A DNA stretch of 63,969 bases, the filler included, from an uncultured bacterium (GTDB lineage: Bacteria > Hinthialibacterota > Hinthialibacteria > Hinthialibacterales > Hinthialibacteraceae), in assembly GCA_964449065.1 (NCBI GenBank). It is 3 parts of 3 records of this genome, joined end to end, with 100 filler letters (N's around TTAATTAATTAA, not from the genome) between each part and the next. Parts side by side here need not be neighbours in the genome. Positions count along the whole stretch, not along the records: positions 48,100 to 63,969 come from CAYVAZ010000096.1; 2 more parts are not named here. One strand, 5' to 3'. The translations under genes and the position numbers were made by a program. Below the pieces are notes generated by a model. It was given only the letters and a program-made list of their open reading frames with translations. It had not been told where the DNA came from and made no database searches. How positions within the stretch are numbered: position 1 is the stretch's first letter; every line of letters begins with the position of its first letter. Positions 58,187-63,969 of the stretch are shown here, piece after piece.

Positions 58187-61100
58187 ATGAGAAGTATGCT
58201 CCTATCGATTGTGCTCGTTGGTGGCGGCTTGGTTTTTGCCGCAAACGCGACGGTGTCTCAACCGGATTCGGATTTGCATCAAAAGGTGCAAGCGGTTTTT
58301 GAGACGCATTGTATCCATTGCCATAACGCGGAATTGCCGCAGGGCGGTTTGGATATGTCCACGGCGGAAACGTTTTTTCAGGGCGGCTTGAGCGGAGGAG
58401 TTATTGTAAGAGAGAACCCCGAAAACAGTTTGCTTTTAAAGATGGTTAAGCATGAAGTGGAACCCACCATGCCCTTTGGAATGGATCAAATTCCCGAAAA
58501 AGATATTGCCACGATCGAAGCGTGGATTCAAGCCGGTGCCCCGTGGAAAAGCGGGAAGCGGATCAAGAAGGATTTGACGAAGCATTGGGCGTATCAAAAT
58601 GTGGTAAAACCGGACGTTCCAAGTGTAGATAGGAAAGCATGGGCCAACAATCCGATCGATCGGTTTGTGTTGGAAAAATTGAATGAACTAAATTTGAAGC
58701 CTTCTAAAGAAGCAAAGCGGGAAACATTGATTCGGCGGTTGAGTTTGGATTTGACCGGTTTGCCCCCAGACCCGGTGGAGGTGGATTTGTTTTTGCAGGA
58801 TGACAGCCCGGACGCGTATAAAAAACTTGTGGAACGGTATTTGACATCGCCTCACTTTGGAGAACGGTGGGCGGCGCATTGGCTGGATTTGGCGCGCTAT
58901 GCGGATTCGAACGGGTTTGAGAAAGACGGGCAGCGCGAGATGTGGCCGTACCGTGATTATGTGATTGACGCGTTCAACAGCGATATGCCGCACGATCAAT
59001 TTACCATCGAACAGATTGCGGGCGATCTTTTGCCTGGTTCAACCCTCAAACAGAAAGTGGCGACCGGATATAACCGCAATACCATGCTGAATTTGGAAGG
59101 TGGGGTAAATCAGGAAGAATACCGTGTAGCCGCGGTTATGGACCGGGTGAATACCACCTCGGAAGTGTGGCTGGGAAGCACGATGGCCTGCGCGCAGTGC
59201 CATGATCATAAATTTGATCCGTTTAGCCAAAAAGATTATTTTCAAATGTTTGCTTTCTTCAACAATACCAAAAAAGAGATTAAGCAGGTTGAACCGTTTG
59301 AAGCCCGCAGCAACGGGCCTTTGGTGCATGTACCGAATGAGGAGCAACAGAAGATCATCGACAGGCTTACACCTCGGATTGATATGCTGAAGGCGAAACT
59401 GAATGTGCAAACGCCGGAGTTGACTGAAGCGCAAGCGGAGTGGGAACAAGATATTCTTGAAAACGAATTGGACTGGAGAGTGATTGAACCACTGCAAATC
59501 ACATCGGAACACGGAACGAAATTTAAAATCACTCCAGACCGTTCGGTTTTGGCTGTGGGCGAGAATCCCATTAAAGATGAGTACCGGGTAGTGTTGGATT
59601 TTGGAGCCGTGCCCGTTACGGGTATTCGGTTGGAGATTTTGCAGGATGAATCGGTGAAAGACGGCGGGCCGGGCCGGCGGCATCAAGGACGGTTTACGCT
59701 GACGGATGTGCAGTTGGATGCGTATATCGATAAGGAAACGCCGCGGGAAATACGGCTCATTAATCCCAGTGCGGATTGGGGCGGCAATGCTATTGGTTCC
59801 ACTCTGGATGACAATGAGAATGCCGGTTGGGGAAATGGACGGGAAAATCAACGAAACTTTGAAGCGGTTTATCAAACGCCGAATTTGGATTTGCTGCGTG
59901 ACGATATGAAATTTGTATTGACGATAAAAACATTGCGTGGCGCGGGAGAGAATATCGGTAAGTTCCGTGTCGCGGTAACGTCAGATGAAAATCCGCAAGC
60001 GAATCCGATACCGGATGATGTGTATGCAATATTGAAGGCAAAACCAGATCACCGCACGAAAGAAGAGAGTGAAAAACTGAGTGCGTATTACCGGTCTGTG
60101 TCTCCGTTGTTGGATGATGTACGAAAAGAGATTGCTCAATTGAAAATGAAGCTGCCTAAGACTTTGCCAACCGTGTTGGTGATGGAGGAACGGGAAGAGC
60201 CGCGGCAAACGCATATTTTTAAAAAAGGAAGTTATTTAAATCCGGGAGAGCCGGTGGAACCGAATATTCCCGCAATTTTTCGAAATGGTGATGAATCCCA
60301 ATGGAATGACCGGTTGAATTTTGCGCGGTGGCTGGTGGATGAAGAGAATCCATTAACCGCGCGGGTATATGTGAACCGGGTGTGGGAACAGATTTTCGGT
60401 TATGGAATCGTGGAAACGACGGAAGATTTCGGTACGCGCAGTCCGAAGCCTTCGAATCAGGAATTGTTGGATTGGCTGGCGTACCGGTTTATGGAGAATC
60501 ATTGGAGTTTGAAATCACTGCTTTATCTGATTGTGACTTCATCAACCTATAAACAGGATTCGGCGATTACCCCGGAAAAGTTAGAGGCCGATCCAAAAAA
60601 CCGGTATCTGGCAAGAGGCCCCGCGTTCCGGCTGCGGGCCGAGTTTATCCGCGACAATGGTTTAAAGATCAGCGGATTGTTGAATCCGAAGTTGGGCGGA
60701 CCGAGTGTTTTCCCGTATCAGCCGGAAGGGATTTGGCAAATGCCTTACAGCAACGCGAAGTGGGTTGAGAGCGAAGATGGAGATCAGTTCCGGCGTGGAT
60801 TGTATACACATTGGCAGCGCTCGGCCACGTATCCAACCTACATCAATTTTGATGCCCCCAGCCGGGAGCAGCGGTGTACGCGGAGGATCCGAACCAACAC
60901 ACCATTGCAAGCTTTGAATTTGCTGAACGATCCCGCTTTCTTTGTGATGGCGCAGGGGTTGGCGGACCGGATGTTGGCAGAAACGCAAGGCTCGGTTGAG
61001 AAGCGGTTGGCGTATGGGTTCCGTGTTTGTACCGGCCGGTATCCGAATGAAGATGAACTGAACTCACTGAAATCCTATTTTGATAAGCAATTGGATTATT

Positions 61101-61240
61101 TTGAAGAACATCCCAATGAAGCCGGAGAAGTATTGTGGGCGGGGGGCAAGAAAAAAGAAATCGAAACGAGTGAGCACGCGGCATTGGTTATGGCATCGAA
61201 TGTGCTGCTGAACTTAGATGAAACGATTACCAAGAGATAA
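58187..61240 (+). CDS. Planctomycete-type cytochrome c / DUF1549 / DUF1553 (PSD1) protein
   Basis: Signal peptide, CIHCH, HWAY, RRLSLDLTGLPP, CAQCHDHKFDP, NPLTARV, NTPLQAL. Confidence 0.92.
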   Translation: MRSMLLSIVLVGGGLVFAANATVSQPDSDLHQKVQAVFETHCIHCHNAELPQGGLDMSTAETFFQGGLSGGVIVRENPENSLLLKMVKHEVEPTMPFGMDQIPEKDIATIEAWIQAGAPWKSGKRIKKDLTKHWAYQNVVKPDVPSVDRKAWANNPIDRFVLEKLNELNLKPSKEAKRETLIRRLSLDLTGLPPDPVEVDLFLQDDSPDAYKKLVERYLTSPHFGERWAAHWLDLARYADSNGFEKDGQREMWPYRDYVIDAFNSDMPHDQFTIEQIAGDLLPGSTLKQKVATGYNRNTMLNLEGGVNQEEYRVAAVMDRVNTTSEVWLGSTMACAQCHDHKFDPFSQKDYFQMFAFFNNTKKEIKQVEPFEARSNGPLVHVPNEEQQKIIDRLTPRIDMLKAKLNVQTPELTEAQAEWEQDILENELDWRVIEPLQITSEHGTKFKITPDRSVLAVGENPIKDEYRVVLDFGAVPVTGIRLEILQDESVKDGGPGRRHQGRFTLTDVQLDAYIDKETPREIRLINPSADWGGNAIGSTLDDNENAGWGNGRENQRNFEAVYQTPNLDLLRDDMKFVLTIKTLRGAGENIGKFRVAVTSDENPQANPIPDDVYAILKAKPDHRTKEESEKLSAYYRSVSPLLDDVRKEIAQLKMKLPKTLPTVLVMEEREEPRQTHIFKKGSYLNPGEPVEPNIPAIFRNGDESQWNDRLNFARWLVDEENPLTARVYVNRVWEQIFGYGIVETTEDFGTRSPKPSNQELLDWLAYRFMENHWSLKSLLYLIVTSSTYKQDSAITPEKLEADPKNRYLARGPAFRLRAEFIRDNGLKISGLLNPKLGGPSVFPYQPEGIWQMPYSNAKWVESEDGDQFRRGLYTHWQRSATYPTYINFDAPSREQRCTRRIRTNTPLQALNLLNDPAFFVMAQGLADRMLAETQGSVEKRLAYGFRVCTGRYPNEDELNSLKSYFDKQLDYFEEHPNEAGEVLWAGGKKKEIETSEHAALVMASNVLLNLDETITKR

Positions 61241-61271
61241 ATGATAAGAGATGAAACCAAAGAGGTAGATT

Positions 61272-62714
61272 ATGAATCCGAAAGAGGAACTGTTAAAAGC
61301 GGTTACGCGTCGGCACTTTTTTCAAAATTGCGGTATCGGTGTGGGCGCGATTGGACTGGCTTCTTTGTTGAATGAAAATTTGTGGGCGGACAGCCCGGCA
61401 GAGAATCCGATGGCGGTCCGTTCTCCGCATTACGCGCCGAAAGCCAAGCGGGTGGTGTATCTGCATATGGCGGGTGCGCCATCGCAGCTGGAGTTGTTTG
61501 ATCACAAACCCATCCTGCAAAAGCATGATGGCGAAGAGTGCCCGGAAGAATTATTTAAGGGTGAGCAGTTCGCGTTTATCCGCGGTGTGCCGAAGTTATT
61601 GGGGCCGCAGTACGAATTTCATAAGCATGGCAAATCCGGGCAAGAGATATCAACTTTGCTGCCGCATTTGGCTGATATTGCGGATGATATCACGATTATA
61701 AAATCAATGTATACGGATCAGTTTAACCATGCCCCGGCGCAGTTGTTTATGCAGACGGGATTTCCACAGCCGGGGCGTCCGAGCATGGGATCTTGGTTGA
61801 CTTATGGACTGGGATCGGAAAGTAAAAACCTGCCGGGATTTGTGGTGCTGACTTCGGAACGGGCGCCGGATGGTGGAAAATCATGCTGGAGCAGCGGTTT
61901 TCTTCCATCCGTATATCAAGGTGTGGAATTCCGGTCGGAAGGCGATCCGGTGTTGTTTGTGTCGAATCCAAAAGGGGTTTCCGATTCAACGCGTAGAATG
62001 TCGATTGACGCGATTAATAAACTCAACCGGCACTTTTTTGCGAAGACGGGTGATCCGGAAATTACGACCCGCATTTCGCAGTATGAGATGGCTTATAACA
62101 TGCAGCAAAGCGTTCCAGAGTTGATGGATATAGCGGATGAGCCGGAATCTATCCGAGAGATGTATGGGGTTGAGCCGGGAAAAGCCTCATTCGCCAATAA
62201 CTGTTTGCTGGCGAGAAGGCTGCTGGAACGGGGGACACGTTTTGTGCAACTGTATCATTGGGGTTGGGATTCGCACGGTACCGGCAAAGGCGATGATTTG
62301 ATGCACAGTTTGCCGCACCGCTGCCGCCAATGTGATCAGGCATCGGCCGCGTTGGTAAAAGACTTGAAACAGCGGGGAATGTTGGATGACACGCTGGTGA
62401 TTTGGGGCGGTGAATTCGGCCGGACCCCGATGAATGAAGAACGAAACCGCTCTACATTTTTGGGAAGAGACCACCACCCGCATTCGTTTAGTATGTGGAT
62501 GGCGGGCGGCGGCGTGAAAGCGGGATATACCATCGGAAAGACGGATGATTTGGGGTACAAGGTAATAGAAGACCCAATTCATGTGCATGATCTTCATGCG
62601 ACGATATTGCATTTGCTGGGATTGGATCACACGCGTTTGACGTACCGGTTTCAGGGCAGGGATTACCGGTTGACCGATGTGTTTGGCAAAGTAGTGGATA
62701 AGATTGTGGTGTAA
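61272..62714 (+). CDS. Tat-exported DUF1501 protein
   Basis: TRRHFF Tat motif, [26 protein letters not shown]. Confidence 0.92.
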   Translation: MNPKEELLKAVTRRHFFQNCGIGVGAIGLASLLNENLWADSPAENPMAVRSPHYAPKAKRVVYLHMAGAPSQLELFDHKPILQKHDGEECPEELFKGEQFAFIRGVPKLLGPQYEFHKHGKSGQEISTLLPHLADIADDITIIKSMYTDQFNHAPAQLFMQTGFPQPGRPSMGSWLTYGLGSESKNLPGFVVLTSERAPDGGKSCWSSGFLPSVYQGVEFRSEGDPVLFVSNPKGVSDSTRRMSIDAINKLNRHFFAKTGDPEITTRISQYEMAYNMQQSVPELMDIADEPESIREMYGVEPGKASFANNCLLARRLLERGTRFVQLYHWGWDSHGTGKGDDLMHSLPHRCRQCDQASAALVKDLKQRGMLDDTLVIWGGEFGRTPMNEERNRSTFLGRDHHPHSFSMWMAGGGVKAGYTIGKTDDLGYKVIEDPIHVHDLHATILHLLGLDHTRLTYRFQGRDYRLTDVFGKVVDKIVV

Positions 62715-62753
62715 ATTTATTTCGGATTATCGGGGAAGAAAAGCGTCCTTCCG

Positions 62754-62778
62754 GCTCGGCGGGAGCCTCGCCCTCCCA
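62754..62778. repeat. REP-like palindrome GGCTCGGCGGGAGCCTCGCCCTCCC
   Basis: Exact reverse complement lies inside the MITE at about 7400-7424. Confidence 0.75.
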
Positions 62779-62820
62779 GGGCTGCGCATTGAGAGTCGGT
62801 GGGCTAAAACAGCGTCACAA

Positions 62821-62957
62821 ATGAATTGATAGTAGCCTCGCCTTTGTTGCCCCCCCTTTGATTAAGGGGGCTAGGGGGGGATCGATATACTGTCAGTGCG
62901 CTTCAATCCCATTGCTTCTCTGGAACAATCTCTTTTATTGAGAGATGACATGCACCT
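62821..62957. repeat. Composite repeat (family A plus GGTGCATG-type end)
   Basis: Left part matches 26622-26680; right part matches 19090-19191. Confidence 0.8.
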
Positions 62958-63042
62958 AACCGGTTTACCGGTGTGTGAATTTTCAAACAATCCTGTATAC
63001 TATTCGGTTATTGAACTCCAATTTTATCGAATCTACGTTAAA

Positions 63043-63870
63043 ATGCCAAACAATCAATTTGTCGTCATAGCCTTCTATAAATTCGTTCCTTTCCCGGATT
63101 GCGCCAAGTATCAGCCCCGCTTGAAGCAGGAAATGATTCAGCATGACATCAAAGGCACGGTCCTGGTTACGCCCGAAGGTATCAACGGCACTATATCCGG
63201 CAGCCGCGAATCCATCGACCGCATCATTGCCTATTTCCGCGCCGATGAACGCTTTGCCGATTTAGAATTCAAAGAAAGCTGCTGGGACCGCCAGCCCTTT
63301 GACCGCGCCAAAGTCAAGCAAAAAAAAGAAGTCATCTCGCTGGGATATCCCGTTGATCCCATACAAACAGTCGGAACCTATGTCCCTCCCGAAGAATGGA
63401 ATGACTTAATCCACGATCCGGATGTTTTGCTCTTAGATACCCGCAACGATTACGAAACCCACTTAGGTACCTTTAAAGGCGCCGTCGATCCCAAAATCAA
63501 AAACTTCCGCGAATTCCCACAATATGTACAAGAAAACCTCGACCCCGCCAAACATAAAAAAGTAGCCATGTACTGCACCGGCGGAATCCGCTGTGAAAAA
63601 GCCTCTTCTTATTTGCTGGAAAAAGGATTTGAACAGGTCTACCACCTCAAAGGCGGCATCTTAAAGTACCTGGAAGAAATACCGGATGACAAAAGCGAAT
63701 GGGAAGGGACATGCTATGTATTCGACCAGCGAGTCTCATTAGAACACAACCTGGAAAAATCCAACGAGACTTCTAACTGCCCCGCCTGTGGACATTCCCT
63801 CTACACCAAAGACCGCCGCAAACCGGAATATATCCCCGGCATACGCTGCCCCTATTGCCCTCCAAAATAA
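63043..63870 (+). CDS. trhO: Rhodanese-domain tRNA uridine(34) hydroxylase TrhO (YceA/UPF0176)
   Basis: FYKF, EGINGT, DTRNDYE, YCTGGIRCEK, GGILKY; start refined to MPNNQ outside the upstream repeat. Confidence 0.9.
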   Translation: MPNNQFVVIAFYKFVPFPDCAKYQPRLKQEMIQHDIKGTVLVTPEGINGTISGSRESIDRIIAYFRADERFADLEFKESCWDRQPFDRAKVKQKKEVISLGYPVDPIQTVGTYVPPEEWNDLIHDPDVLLLDTRNDYETHLGTFKGAVDPKIKNFREFPQYVQENLDPAKHKKVAMYCTGGIRCEKASSYLLEKGFEQVYHLKGGILKYLEEIPDDKSEWEGTCYVFDQRVSLEHNLEKSNETSNCPACGHSLYTKDRRKPEYIPGIRCPYCPPK

Positions 63871-63969
63871 TACGGATTCAAATAAATTCTGTGTGATTCC
63901 TCCATAAAAGGGGGGATTCGGCTTCCAGCCGGTACCGCACACCGCATATTATTTCATTGAAGCGGTATA

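Noticed and set aside
59039..59875. Long antisense ORFs (also 50296-51126, 738-1247 and similar)
   Set aside because: Shadow frames opposite well-supported genes
1..63969. tRNA, rRNA, integrase, prophage or autonomous IS
   Set aside because: None recognisable; only non-autonomous repeats and the Rpn gene were found

Overview
The window is three contigs joined by artificial N-TTAATTAATTAA-N linkers (24423-24522, 48000-48099), so synteny across these points means nothing. The content is bacterial with PVC-like features (many GspG/pilin-like paralogues, a DUF1553/DUF1501 pair). A Hinthialibacteria/Sumerlaeota-like lineage is only a tentative inference. Housekeeping genes: PDH aceE-aceF-lpdA plus a lipoate ligase, pilT, mutL, sugar epimerases and trhO. 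Main candidates for novelty: (1) two metal-acquisition loci in which pilin-like genes alternate with secreted proteins sharing a C-terminal motif [ST]xVxx[FWY]xLY; the loci are linked by a 27-bp NikR-like operator found on two different contigs, and one has a CxxC/RAPP arrest-peptide-like leader; (2) an SSS transporter, altered-specificity carbamoyltransferase, AsnB-like amidotransferase and N-carbamoylase operon, hypothesised to make or recycle an N-carbamoyl-amino-acid amide osmolyte; (3) an Rpn nuclease gene with a perfect internal Shine-Dalgarno start and a tandem spare copy of its C-terminal module; (4) nested MITEs with 10-bp target-site duplications; (5) several decayed toxin-antitoxin modules. 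All family assignments come from reading motifs by eye; no database searches were run.
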